A DNA stretch of 64,000 nucleotides from positions 192,001 to 256,000 of IMG/VR virus record IMGVR_UViG_3300048598_000287. One strand, given 5' to 3'. A program made the translations under genes and the position numbers. This document shows, piece after piece, positions 39,663 through 49,677 of this stretch. Each line of letters begins with the position of its first letter. Within the stretch, counting starts at the first letter, position 1. Below the pieces are notes generated by a model. The model saw only the letters and a program-made list of their open reading frames with translations, was not told where the DNA came from and ran no database searches. The DNA is from a virus (taxonomy: Duplodnaviria; Caudoviricetes).

Positions 39663-40754
39663 ATGATAGTATTAAATTGCGTCTCATCTTCTCTTAGAAT
39701 AATGGCCAGCATTCTTTCTGGACTAAATGATTATTCTGAACCGGTAAAAATGACATTTAATGAAAAGTCTATCCGGCTTACATTAAAATGCGGCCTGTCA
39801 TTTGATGTTGATGTGAGTGAAGAATCTGAAGATATGGAAGGATTTCCAGAAGGAAGCGTCTGTTATGTGAGCGCTAAATATCTAGGGATATCCATCAATG
39901 CATGCATAGACTCATCATGTATGATGTTGATTAAAGAATCGGACGGAACTATTCATCTTGGCGCTGATCAAGTAAAGTCAGCTGATGGATCCGATGAATT
40001 CGGATATGAAGTGGAATTTAAGTCAGTTGATCCATTTGATGAGAAACCGTTTTCTGACGGAGGAATATCATTCACAATGGAACAGAGCGATATGGTGGAG
40101 CTTATGGGAATATCCGAATCATTCGGAAGTGTTGACATATGCAGAAACACCGGAGTCGTGTCATATAGATCAGGAAATGATATTATTACGGTAGTTACCA
40201 AGTATAATATCAGTAATGCAGGAAATTCCAAGTCATCTCCTAATTTTGAAATAAATTTGACGGAAGAAATAGTGCGCATGCTAGCTTTTATGGGAAATGG
40301 GACTATAGATATATCCATCGATGAAACTAATTCATTGATCAAGGCAGATGACGGAAAGATGCAGCTTATAGCAAGTTATGAAAAAAGAAAGTATGACACT
40401 GCAACGTTTAAAAATGGAAATACTAAATTCATAATATCCGGTAATGATTTTGGCGCTATTATTCCAGCGTTGTGTGGGAGCCTTTCCGAAAAATCTAATG
40501 ATGAAAAGATAGACTTTAATTGGGTGTCAACAAATTCCGTTGGTGTATCGTGGAAGAATCCATATGGGGAAAGTTATATTAATGTGGAATGCGGGGATTC
40601 TAATAAGTTCGAGCCATTCTCCATTGGATGTTCTACTCTAGCCATACTTCTTGGGGCGGTGCATGATTCATCCGTAATGTTCTGCGAGAACGGTGATGGG
40701 AAGAATATTGCATTATGCACATGTCGTAGATATCAGCGAAAGTTAATTTTTTGA
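39663..40754 (+). CDS. Hypothetical protein, possibly sliding-clamp fold (DnaN-sized)
   Basis: 363 aa, acidic, alternating helix/strand pattern, within the replication cluster; function inferred only. Confidence 0.4.
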   Translation: MIVLNCVSSSLRIMASILSGLNDYSEPVKMTFNEKSIRLTLKCGLSFDVDVSEESEDMEGFPEGSVCYVSAKYLGISINACIDSSCMMLIKESDGTIHLGADQVKSADGSDEFGYEVEFKSVDPFDEKPFSDGGISFTMEQSDMVELMGISESFGSVDICRNTGVVSYRSGNDIITVVTKYNISNAGNSKSSPNFEINLTEEIVRMLAFMGNGTIDISIDETNSLIKADDGKMQLIASYEKRKYDTATFKNGNTKFIISGNDFGAIIPALCGSLSEKSNDEKIDFNWVSTNSVGVSWKNPYGESYINVECGDSNKFEPFSIGCSTLAILLGAVHDSSVMFCENGDGKNIALCTCRRYQRKLIF

Positions 40755-40840
40755 TACAATGACCGGCTAATGCCGGTTTTTTGTTGCCATAACTGAAAAA
40801 ATATGTATATTTAACTGAACTTAACCAAATAGAGTCATTT

Positions 40841-41752
40841 ATGGGAAAAATTCATATAAGTCCGGAATTTTTTAATATACTTAAAACGACCAATTCAATG
40901 ATGAAGATGAAGGCCGTGCTTATATTTAAAGGAAAGACGTCGGACAATAGATACACCGGAAAATATTATTTTAACGCAATATGTGACAGCGCGTTGATTC
41001 ATGTTATACTTACTGATAATGACGTATCATTTGATGATGACCGTTTTCAGATAGCGTCTCTTAATGATTTCATAAAGTATGCGGAAACCGCAGGTTATCC
41101 AAAATGTGACATATCGGTCAGAAGAGAAAGATCTATACGAGGAATGGAATATGATAACATCATATTCAATGGGCGGGATAAAGAGGCCCGTATCGGGGTT
41201 GCTGATGACAGTGTATATGTCGATAATAATTATATGAAGATTTTCAGTGATCGCAGTGCCGACAAACTTAGGTTTGTAGCTAAACTTGGATTTAATCCTT
41301 CCGCAATGAGTGACATCGCAAAAGATATAAAACTGATGAAGTCTTGCAAAGCGGTATCCGTCGCTGTCGATGAGAAATTTAATTGTAAGTTTCTTATAAA
41401 GGGAAACGGAACCCAGCAGATAACCAGAAAAATAGATTCCCGGTATTTTTTCATTGAAAATGAACAGTTCTGTAAGGAAGCGTTCAATGAGAAGACCCCT
41501 CAAAGATTATTTCCTTCTGGGGCATTCAGATTCATCGATACCTTCGGGGAAGATACAGAGATTGAACTTAGGCATTATAAATCGGCATCAAATGACATTT
41601 TGACAATGAAGGCCTATATACAAAAGAATGGCGCTATAATTGATTTGACGTCCACCGAAAAGAATCCACCGAGAAGCAAGATAGAAATAGTCATTGGATT
41701 CAGTGAACTTCAGTATAAGTTGGTTTCTAATGTGGATTATGTAAACGGATGA
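40841..41752 (+). CDS. Sliding clamp, T4 gp45-like
   Basis: ISPEFFNILKTTNSM and FQIASLNDFI resemble gp45 N-terminal blocks; adjacent to the primase gene. Confidence 0.6.
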   Translation: MGKIHISPEFFNILKTTNSMMKMKAVLIFKGKTSDNRYTGKYYFNAICDSALIHVILTDNDVSFDDDRFQIASLNDFIKYAETAGYPKCDISVRRERSIRGMEYDNIIFNGRDKEARIGVADDSVYVDNNYMKIFSDRSADKLRFVAKLGFNPSAMSDIAKDIKLMKSCKAVSVAVDEKFNCKFLIKGNGTQQITRKIDSRYFFIENEQFCKEAFNEKTPQRLFPSGAFRFIDTFGEDTEIELRHYKSASNDILTMKAYIQKNGAIIDLTSTEKNPPRSKIEIVIGFSELQYKLVSNVDYVNG

Positions 41753-42864
41753 GTAATTTTCAGGATATTCCGGATTCAGATTTGGAATCCGCAGTGCGTG
41801 AGGCATACGGCGATCAGGACCTTGTGGAAGATGTCGGTTTTTTTAATTTTGTATGCCCATATTGTGGAACCATTTCTGAAAATCCAATGGCAAAAATAAA
41901 GCGGAAGGCATATGTATATACAAACACATGGATGTTCATCTGTTATAAATGCCTTAGGGAACACCATGTGATGGTGGATTTTAAAGAATCATATCCTGAA
42001 ATTTACAAGAGACTTATTTTTCAGAAATATGGACATCATGGGCAGAAAAAACAGCCATCATATAAAAAGGTATATATCAATGGCGCATATAACTTTAAAG
42101 ATGGAGAACTCGTTCCTCTTGATGATCTATATGACGCAGATGCTATCCGTGCTGCTGATTTCTGCCGTAAGCGGAATATCAGGCAGGATGTATATTCCAG
42201 ATGGTTTGTATGCAAGAGAGGCAAGCAATTTTTAGATAGAAATCCTGATGGTAGCGTTAAGCTTAATAAGCTTGGCTTTCCAATAGGAAATGAATATGGA
42301 AACCGGCTTATAATTCCATACTATCGATTCGGCGGGACATGGATACAGTTTGATGCGAGATCGCTAGATCCTAATAATACGCTGCGCTATAGAAATTATA
42401 CCGGGGCAAAACGAGAGTTATATAATGGTGATTTCATTCATTTTGACCGCCAATTTTATATTCTTGAAGGATCAATCGATTCAACGTTTATTAAAAATTC
42501 GGTTGCTATAGGTGGACTTCAACACTTTATGTCATTTGTTAATGAGAATCCTGATATATTGAAATATAAGAAGAACTGCACGATTCTTTTTGACGCTGAT
42601 GACCCTGGGATAAGTGATTTAAGAAAAGTCATGAAACTTGGGTTTAACTGGTTTGATTGGTCAAAACTTATAAATGACAATAAGGATTCTGCGTCGTATG
42701 GAAAGCCTGTAAAGGATGTTAATGACGCGGTTTTAAACTGCAGCTCAATAAAGATGACATCAGATGGATGTATAGACCCGGAATTCATATCTGGGAGGAC
42801 ATATTCTTCTGAAGCAGGAATAATGATGCTTAATCTTAAGTATGGAGCTCCTAAGAAGCGTTAA
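41749..42864 (+). CDS. DNA primase, T4 gp61-like
   Basis: CPYC...CYKC zinc finger, RLIIPY, and TOPRIM motifs EGSIDS and FDADDPG. Confidence 0.9.
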   Translation: MSNFQDIPDSDLESAVREAYGDQDLVEDVGFFNFVCPYCGTISENPMAKIKRKAYVYTNTWMFICYKCLREHHVMVDFKESYPEIYKRLIFQKYGHHGQKKQPSYKKVYINGAYNFKDGELVPLDDLYDADAIRAADFCRKRNIRQDVYSRWFVCKRGKQFLDRNPDGSVKLNKLGFPIGNEYGNRLIIPYYRFGGTWIQFDARSLDPNNTLRYRNYTGAKRELYNGDFIHFDRQFYILEGSIDSTFIKNSVAIGGLQHFMSFVNENPDILKYKKNCTILFDADDPGISDLRKVMKLGFNWFDWSKLINDNKDSASYGKPVKDVNDAVLNCSSIKMTSDGCIDPEFISGRTYSSEAGIMMLNLKYGAPKKR

Positions 42865-45163
42865 GCTTATCATTATGGTCTTTAGCATAGGCATTATCCC
42901 AATTGCTACTATCTGAAAGATTGCTATTGGATATTTTTACCGGAACATTAGGAAGAATCTTAGATAAGTCTATCTCGCTATTATCAAATTCGGATAGGCT
43001 AGGATCATCCTGAGATACTTCTAGGTGAATACAAGGATCGGTTTCAACTGGTCCATAACCTTTGGGAGCGAAAAATTGTCTGAGAACGGTCTGATACGAA
43101 TTATCTTTTTTACCACGGGTAGTATTTTTATATGTTTGTGATGAGAGATAGCATATGGTTGAAAACTTTTTAAGTTGCGCTTCGGTCACTTTAGGATTTT
43201 TAGCATATACTACGCTTGTCGCTATATCTGCGCATTGAGCTTCTTTAGGATCTCTTGTATGATTTGACACTGGATTATTGGTACCGTATGCCTTGCATTT
43301 AGCTATCATTGCGTCTAACGCTGCATCGGCGCCAGAAGAATTGGACGGGAACGGGTATTTTGCATATGCCTGCGTATATGCCGAATTTCCTGCCGAATCC
43401 GTAACAATCCTTCCGTTTTTTGCCACTTTTGGAGTCATTCCAGTATCACCCTTTCCATAATATTTATACCATATTCTTGCATATTCGTCATTCACCGATT
43501 TTCCTTTAGCTGCATATGAACAGTTGGGCTGCCCGGTTTTTTGCATGTTCCTGAACATTATTTCCGCTTGTTTTTCCGGGCTCCTATATAATGACGTTAC
43601 CATTACATATTTAACTCCGGCCAGCCGGCATAGGTAAGTGATCACATTTTTAGTACGTGTACTCATATTTCCTTCTTGGGCTTTGACGTCTATGGTTACG
43701 TCAGTCGCCGGAGGAGCGCTAGAAGCCTTATTTTCATGAACAAGTATGGTTGATTTGAAGAGACCTGGAAGATTTCTGGAAACCATCGAGATTCTTTTAC
43801 ACTTGCTGTCTATTTTTGCTGGGTCTTCCCCATATTCAGGAGGATTGAATCCAACGTATTTATATATTAGATTGGCTTCATCTACTCGGCGTTTTCTCAT
43901 TTTTGCATCAAGCGTTTCAGGATTTGTAGCAAAGGTAAGCCGGGAAAGTATATCGGCTATGTAGGTGAAATATTTATTTGCAATTTTGTCATCTCTAGGA
44001 ACGCCTTCCACTGTTATGGATGATGTCATATTGGCATCTGATACAACCAGTTTGCCATTTAGTATGTATCTATCGCCTTTAAGAGGAACAATGGACATGG
44101 GCTTTGAATATCCTATATGGTAAGACATTCCTGTTCTAAGGCAATAACTAAGGAATGACGATGTGGAGAATGATGAATTATCGCATACGAAACCGGTAGT
44201 TTTAAGATAACTTACCAGGGCAGTCTTTACAGCATCCGGGCATGAATTATGAGAAAGCATTCCCCAATGATAATACGGCCAGTTTTGGGTGTATATTATG
44301 GCACCCCATACGGAAAGCTGTATATATCTGTAATATGAAAAGCGCATCTGATCATTCGTAAGAGATATTGCCTTTTCTTTATCCGATAATGAGTTTGTTG
44401 ATTTTTTTGCTGATGCGCTCAAAATAAGTTCAAACTGTTCCTCTGTTATTCCTCCTTTTAAGTCTCCCTGCGGTTCTCCTTTTTCGTCCACGGTGATTAC
44501 GGCGAATATCTTTTTAAGTACCATTAATTTTGAGGTTCCGCCTATATTAAGAGGTATTCCTGCACCAATCATAAGTGATCCGGACGATTCATATATTGAG
44601 GCGCTTTTCTTTAATTCGTGATCATACAGAAATGACCAGTCAGGCATAAAATGTCCGGGAGGAAAACATGATCCCATGCTTATGGGAAGTCCGCCTAGTC
44701 CAATTAAAAGAGGTGGCATGATATCTATATCATATGGATTAAGCCCCATCATGGCGGCATTCGCCGTATACATTCCTTCTGCCGATGCCCCTATAGGAGC
44801 AAGAGCCTCTGTCGCGCTTAATCCAGATTTGATAGCGTCCGTCTGGGCTTTTGTGCATGTAAGATATCCATCAAGCTTATTGACGATTTCTTCCATTTTG
44901 GTGGACATGACGCCATAACTGTCATTTCCTAGAAAATCTTTCATCATATCGGAAATGGCGCTTGCAAGGGCGCTCATCCTACGCTTATTATAATCGGGGA
45001 CAGAATCTCTTTGCCATTGAGTTAGCCCATTGTCTTCATCATCTATATCATAGAATCCATATTTATTCAATATCGAATAAAAGGTTCCTTCCCGTTCCGA
45101 TGTCCTTGATGCGGCATCATCTATGGAAGTTTTTAACTCACCCGTGTAATGACCCGCTATCAT
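42851..45163 (-). CDS. Putative virion-associated peptidoglycan hydrolase (C-terminal M15-like peptidase)
   Basis: VTSLYRSPEKQ, SNH...ADI and IHLE motifs; RKRRVDEANL resembles the C-terminus of GH24 lysozymes. Confidence 0.55.
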   Translation of the reverse strand: MIAGHYTGELKTSIDDAASRTSEREGTFYSILNKYGFYDIDDEDNGLTQWQRDSVPDYNKRRMSALASAISDMMKDFLGNDSYGVMSTKMEEIVNKLDGYLTCTKAQTDAIKSGLSATEALAPIGASAEGMYTANAAMMGLNPYDIDIMPPLLIGLGGLPISMGSCFPPGHFMPDWSFLYDHELKKSASIYESSGSLMIGAGIPLNIGGTSKLMVLKKIFAVITVDEKGEPQGDLKGGITEEQFELILSASAKKSTNSLSDKEKAISLTNDQMRFSYYRYIQLSVWGAIIYTQNWPYYHWGMLSHNSCPDAVKTALVSYLKTTGFVCDNSSFSTSSFLSYCLRTGMSYHIGYSKPMSIVPLKGDRYILNGKLVVSDANMTSSITVEGVPRDDKIANKYFTYIADILSRLTFATNPETLDAKMRKRRVDEANLIYKYVGFNPPEYGEDPAKIDSKCKRISMVSRNLPGLFKSTILVHENKASSAPPATDVTIDVKAQEGNMSTRTKNVITYLCRLAGVKYVMVTSLYRSPEKQAEIMFRNMQKTGQPNCSYAAKGKSVNDEYARIWYKYYGKGDTGMTPKVAKNGRIVTDSAGNSAYTQAYAKYPFPSNSSGADAALDAMIAKCKAYGTNNPVSNHTRDPKEAQCADIATSVVYAKNPKVTEAQLKKFSTICYLSSQTYKNTTRGKKDNSYQTVLRQFFAPKGYGPVETDPCIHLEVSQDDPSLSEFDNSEIDLSKILPNVPVKISNSNLSDSSNWDNAYAKDHNDKLNAS

Positions 45164-45870
45164 TTGCGTCTCCTTAATTTTATCATTAGATCGCCGTTTT
45201 CGCCATTATTCTTACCGCTGTTTCCTTTTCCAATGAATCTATAGTCCATCGTTTTTCCGTCATGATAGAATGACATAGTTACGTCTTTTTTAATATATCC
45301 GGTACCGCCGCATATATTGCATGCTTCCTTTACTTCAAGACCTTTTCCCATGCAGTTCAGGCATTTTGTAACGACATCCTTTGCACCTTCGCTGGATGAT
45401 ATTACTGACCTTATTTTCCCTTTTCCCCCGCATTTAGGGCATTTTCTGAATTTGCTGGCCCCGGTGCCGGAACAATTATAACACATCGAATTTCGTGAAT
45501 ATGTAATTGGAATTTGCCCTGGCATAAAGAGCTTTTCTTTAGAAATCCGGATGGTTTTAGTTATATTACGTCCTTTTTTCTGCATACTTTTTCCAGTAGG
45601 CTTTTTACCGAAGTTTTTGGCTATATTACATTCTCCGAAAAGCTTTGACCATAAGGTGAAGTCAGAATGGAACGAATGCTCCTTATCATATTTTGCCCTG
45701 AGTTCCTTAGTTTTTATAAGATCATATGCTTCTGTTATATCTGCCATTTTACTTGCGGTGTCTGCACCGGAATGATCTGGATGATATTTTATGGCAAGCG
45801 ATCTATATGCTTTTTTAATGTCATCATCTGACATTTCCCGGGTTACGCCCATTGTTATATATGGATCCAT
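45160..45870 (-). CDS. dnaJ: DnaJ-like co-chaperone (J domain plus zinc finger)
   Basis: KYHPD and four CxxCxGxG repeats; 236 aa, lacks the G/F linker. Confidence 0.9.
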   Translation of the reverse strand: MDPYITMGVTREMSDDDIKKAYRSLAIKYHPDHSGADTASKMADITEAYDLIKTKELRAKYDKEHSFHSDFTLWSKLFGECNIAKNFGKKPTGKSMQKKGRNITKTIRISKEKLFMPGQIPITYSRNSMCYNCSGTGASKFRKCPKCGGKGKIRSVISSSEGAKDVVTKCLNCMGKGLEVKEACNICGGTGYIKKDVTMSFYHDGKTMDYRFIGKGNSGKNNGENGDLMIKLRRRK

Positions 45871-45893
45871 GCTAAGCCTCGTTTTTCAATAAA

Positions 45894-45946
45894 TAGTTTA
45901 TAATGCAGTGAAAGGCAGTTTTCGGATATCGCCGGAGTATAAACTA
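45894..45946. promoter_or_regulatory. Divergent pair of TATAAACTA late promoters
   Basis: 45894-45902 (-) and 45938-45946 (+). Confidence 0.75.
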
Positions 45947-45971
45947 TATTCGCACGAATTAGGGCTGAATA

Positions 45972-46319
45972 ATGAATTGGAAAAAGCAAGTTAATAAATT
46001 ATACAGCAGAAAAACGGGAAGAAAGGCACGGATGTTTCCAGGATCTGTTGGCATGGGATACGGACCTGCTTATCCGGATTCTGGAAATTTCGATATGTCG
46101 TCCGTTCCTGGAGGATCAGCCGGAGATGGCGGTATGTCTGGCGGTTCTGCTGCCATAGGTGAATCAATTGAATCGGGAAATGAAGATGACGATCTTTTGA
46201 TGAGTGATGATGATAAGCTTCTATATGCGATTCGTGGAATAATTGAAAATGCCAAAATAGCATATGAGTCAATCTCCGGAGTGCCATATGAAGATGATGA
46301 ACAATCGGAAGGGAAATAA
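45972..46319 (+). CDS. Hypothetical late protein (115 aa)
   Basis: Follows TATAAACTA at 45938. Confidence 0.65.
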   Translation: MNWKKQVNKLYSRKTGRKARMFPGSVGMGYGPAYPDSGNFDMSSVPGGSAGDGGMSGGSAAIGESIESGNEDDDLLMSDDDKLLYAIRGIIENAKIAYESISGVPYEDDEQSEGK

Positions 46320-46324
46320 CTAAT

Positions 46325-48250
46325 ATGAAATCAGAATTGTTTGCAGATACTGTGGATGATATATATCAGAAGAGCTTATCAGACGTTCCGGAGGAAAATT
46401 TTCCTATAACAGATTTCCTTAATGATGAATTTGTGTCTGACTTTATAACGGCATTTAATGGAAGCAAACTCAATGGTGATTCTTTGACACCGGAAATGGT
46501 TAAGTCATTGTTTTCTGAAATAGAGGAAGATAGAAATGCAGTTAATTCTGATGCTATGCATACTGGAATATCTGATATTTCTGATGATATGTCTATATTG
46601 CAGAATTTCATAGATGGCAAGCGCAGATTCGATTCTATGGTTAATACCGCATATCATGATGTATGCAATTCAGGAAACGGTAAGGACTGTGCTGAAATGA
46701 TAGCCAAGGTAAGAGACCGTATGGCAAAACCGGCTCTTATATCTGGAGATACCCAGAATGTAAACTTATCGGATTATGAATCCGTCGGAAAGTATTATTC
46801 TGGAATAGGCCTTTTATCAGGAAATGATGGTACTGCTTTTAACATGCAGTATGCAATGAATCATCCTGAAGTATCCGAAGAATTTTTAGCCCTAATATCC
46901 TCCATAGTAAGCAAGACATATACAGTCGCCGATCTAGATGCTCTACGATGGGCAGCTAAGATATCAAAGCCATATTGGACGGCAAGAAAATCAGGAAAAT
47001 ACCAGGATAGCCAGTCTAAGGAAATCGCTGATAAGCTTGGCGATTTATACATGGCAACGACGGTTAGTTACAGGGCAATAATGTCAAATTCGGAAAAATC
47101 GGATGGTAAAATATCTGATTCAGACGGATATCTATATATAGTAAAGCCACTGATAATTACAGGTAAGATGACGTATTCTGATGATGGAAACATGATAATT
47201 TCTGAAAAAAGTGTGGATTCATCAGACATATCATCAATGATGGATAAAATAGAATCCGCCGTGTTTTCATTTTCCGGATATACGGATGAAACCCATGTGC
47301 TTTCATATCCTTCTGGAGCAGTGGAAAATGCAAGCTCGCTAGAAAAATATATACATCTTGTTAATAAGGTTAAATCGGCTGGTAGCGATGGATACCGGCT
47401 TATTAACATAGTGAAACTATATATTCTCGCTATGGCATTTGCCACTGAATTTGATGGAAGATCGGCGGTGCCCTCAATTGAATCAGAAAAAAAGATAGAG
47501 GCATACATAGGGGATATGTGCACTAAGTTCAGTGAATTTAACATATCTAAAAATGATATATTCAATATATACATATTGTTCACCTCTTCCATCCCAAGAC
47601 TTCCGTTTGAAAAATACGTAGCAAGGAAAAAGGACTTATATAATGGCATTTATGAATTTGTCGATCAATGCCGGGAAAATGAGATAACCGACACATCTAT
47701 GGAAGAAAAGGCAGATACCATGAATGTGATCAATGCGATTAATGGAAAGTTTTCTACTGTTCAGATTAACTTAAAGACATCCAAGATAACGGTATCTCAT
47801 GAAATAACTGATTCCGATGTATTTTCCATATGTGACTTTTTAGGTGAATCCCTTACATCATCCATTAAAAATGAAAACCGATTCATGAATTATATCGTCG
47901 GCTCCGTGTTTAAGGACTTTTCTCAGAAAATTAGTACAGGAATATCTAAGCCTATTTCCGATGCCGTTGTTACATCTGCATTTTGCAGAGAAGAATTTAA
48001 CCGGCTAATGTCAATTGGTAAAAAGATGAATTACATCATATCTCCACAGCAGGGAATTTATTCTCTTGATGTTAGCAAATCCAAGGATAAATCATTCGCG
48101 GATTATTCTGAAGAGCTGCGAAAATATGTAAGAAACTGCTCGTATGATGCTTTTGTTAAAGAGTTCGGAAAATCTCCGGAAAATGGGTTCTCCCTACGTT
48201 ATGTAAGCATGATGAATAAGATGATTGGGAAAAATGCGGAGAACGCATAA
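46325..48250 (+). CDS. Hypothetical late protein (641 aa)
   Basis: Long ORF in a late operon. Confidence 0.7.
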   Translation: MKSELFADTVDDIYQKSLSDVPEENFPITDFLNDEFVSDFITAFNGSKLNGDSLTPEMVKSLFSEIEEDRNAVNSDAMHTGISDISDDMSILQNFIDGKRRFDSMVNTAYHDVCNSGNGKDCAEMIAKVRDRMAKPALISGDTQNVNLSDYESVGKYYSGIGLLSGNDGTAFNMQYAMNHPEVSEEFLALISSIVSKTYTVADLDALRWAAKISKPYWTARKSGKYQDSQSKEIADKLGDLYMATTVSYRAIMSNSEKSDGKISDSDGYLYIVKPLIITGKMTYSDDGNMIISEKSVDSSDISSMMDKIESAVFSFSGYTDETHVLSYPSGAVENASSLEKYIHLVNKVKSAGSDGYRLINIVKLYILAMAFATEFDGRSAVPSIESEKKIEAYIGDMCTKFSEFNISKNDIFNIYILFTSSIPRLPFEKYVARKKDLYNGIYEFVDQCRENEITDTSMEEKADTMNVINAINGKFSTVQINLKTSKITVSHEITDSDVFSICDFLGESLTSSIKNENRFMNYIVGSVFKDFSQKISTGISKPISDAVVTSAFCREEFNRLMSIGKKMNYIISPQQGIYSLDVSKSKDKSFADYSEELRKYVRNCSYDAFVKEFGKSPENGFSLRYVSMMNKMIGKNAENA

Positions 48251-48259
48251 GGAGGCGAT

Positions 48260-49639
48260 ATGTCGGCAAAACTTGAACTTTATAAATATACAGGAAAGGA
48301 TGGCGATTTTGGCACTCATGTGGAAAGTCTTGGCATAAAAAGAATAGATACCTGTGTGCCTTCGGTATATTCTTCGGAAGCTCTTGACGGGGATACAAAG
48401 CCATCTGATGATGCAAGTGATTGTTCCACCTATTGTATATACCGTCCTGATTCTCCAGAATGTAAAGCCTATTCATTCGAATGTGTTTTTAAACTGGTTC
48501 TGAAGGATGCTCCTGATTACCAGCTTAGCAATGTCAGACTTTATCCTGTTGGTCCAAGACCGGCAGGAGACGATACCGCTCGCTTATATATAGGTAATTC
48601 AGTTGATTATCATAAACCCACCAATAGTAAGTCAGCTCTTGCCATAAATGACATATGGGAATATTCAAAGGATAATCCGTTTTATCTTACGGTGGCAGGA
48701 AATTCCGGGCAGATTCTGGATTACCGCATAACGGATACTTCATACAATGTAGAATGGAAGGATTTCGGATATGGAAATGTTATGGTTCTTAATGGGGTTA
48801 GACAGCCCATGATACCAGTAGCTAACAGGCAAGATGGAATTCCTGCTGACGTCGTGTTTAAAAATCATACTTTTATGAAAGAAAATGCTGATTTCATATG
48901 GTTTGCAGATCCGTCCACCGGAGAAAATATAACGGATGCAATTTCCAAAACGCAGGTGATAGATGGAATTCAGACTACCACCGTTAGTGTGGGAATAGAC
49001 ATCATGGCAAAATATCCAGGCGGAATAGTATATTTTATACCTCATGCCGCAGAAACCACCGGTTATTTTATGAACTGGGCGGTTATGCCTTCGCAGGCGC
49101 TTCCTGGCGGGAAAATAGTTGACAAGATCATTGAAACGCATGATGTTACAGTATCATGCGATGCATTTGGAAATCCTGCGTATTTTATAGACGGATCCAT
49201 TAGACCGATGATAACTCTTTCTCCTGGAGTTATATATCGATATTTAAACCATTCAGGAGATGCTTTTCCTATGAGATTTTTGAAGGATGGAAGAATTCCT
49301 TCTGCAGATAATGTGGATAATGTTGCTACCGACGGTATAAATGTTCTTAATGGTGGTACTGATCAGGAAGAAATATTTATTGATCCTGAAGTGACAATAA
49401 AGCATGCCGCTAGAATATCGGCATATCAGGCAGTATGTGGAGTAGGACTTGGAAATATGGTATTCGTTCATCCAGTATGCATGATAGGAAATTACAATAT
49501 ATGCCGTCCTATGGGGTCCATATACAATCCTATGCTTGCTGGAGAGACGGATTACGTATATCTTCAGCTTGAAATAGATGGAAGCACTCATCCAGGATAC
49601 TGCGTCCCTGATATAAAGATTGAATATGATGAGAATTAA
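48260..49639 (+). CDS. Hypothetical, probably virion structural protein (459 aa)
   Basis: AAGGAGG RBS; beta-rich composition; late operon. Confidence 0.6.
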   Translation: MSAKLELYKYTGKDGDFGTHVESLGIKRIDTCVPSVYSSEALDGDTKPSDDASDCSTYCIYRPDSPECKAYSFECVFKLVLKDAPDYQLSNVRLYPVGPRPAGDDTARLYIGNSVDYHKPTNSKSALAINDIWEYSKDNPFYLTVAGNSGQILDYRITDTSYNVEWKDFGYGNVMVLNGVRQPMIPVANRQDGIPADVVFKNHTFMKENADFIWFADPSTGENITDAISKTQVIDGIQTTTVSVGIDIMAKYPGGIVYFIPHAAETTGYFMNWAVMPSQALPGGKIVDKIIETHDVTVSCDAFGNPAYFIDGSIRPMITLSPGVIYRYLNHSGDAFPMRFLKDGRIPSADNVDNVATDGINVLNGGTDQEEIFIDPEVTIKHAARISAYQAVCGVGLGNMVFVHPVCMIGNYNICRPMGSIYNPMLAGETDYVYLQLEIDGSTHPGYCVPDIKIEYDEN

Positions 49640-49661
49640 TTTTCTGGTTAAACTCAAAGAG

Positions 49662-49670
49662 TATAAACTA
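49662..49670 (+). promoter_or_regulatory. Late promoter motif TATAAACTA
   Basis: Upstream of the scaffold-like gene. Confidence 0.75.
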
Positions 49671-49677
49671 TGTGTAT

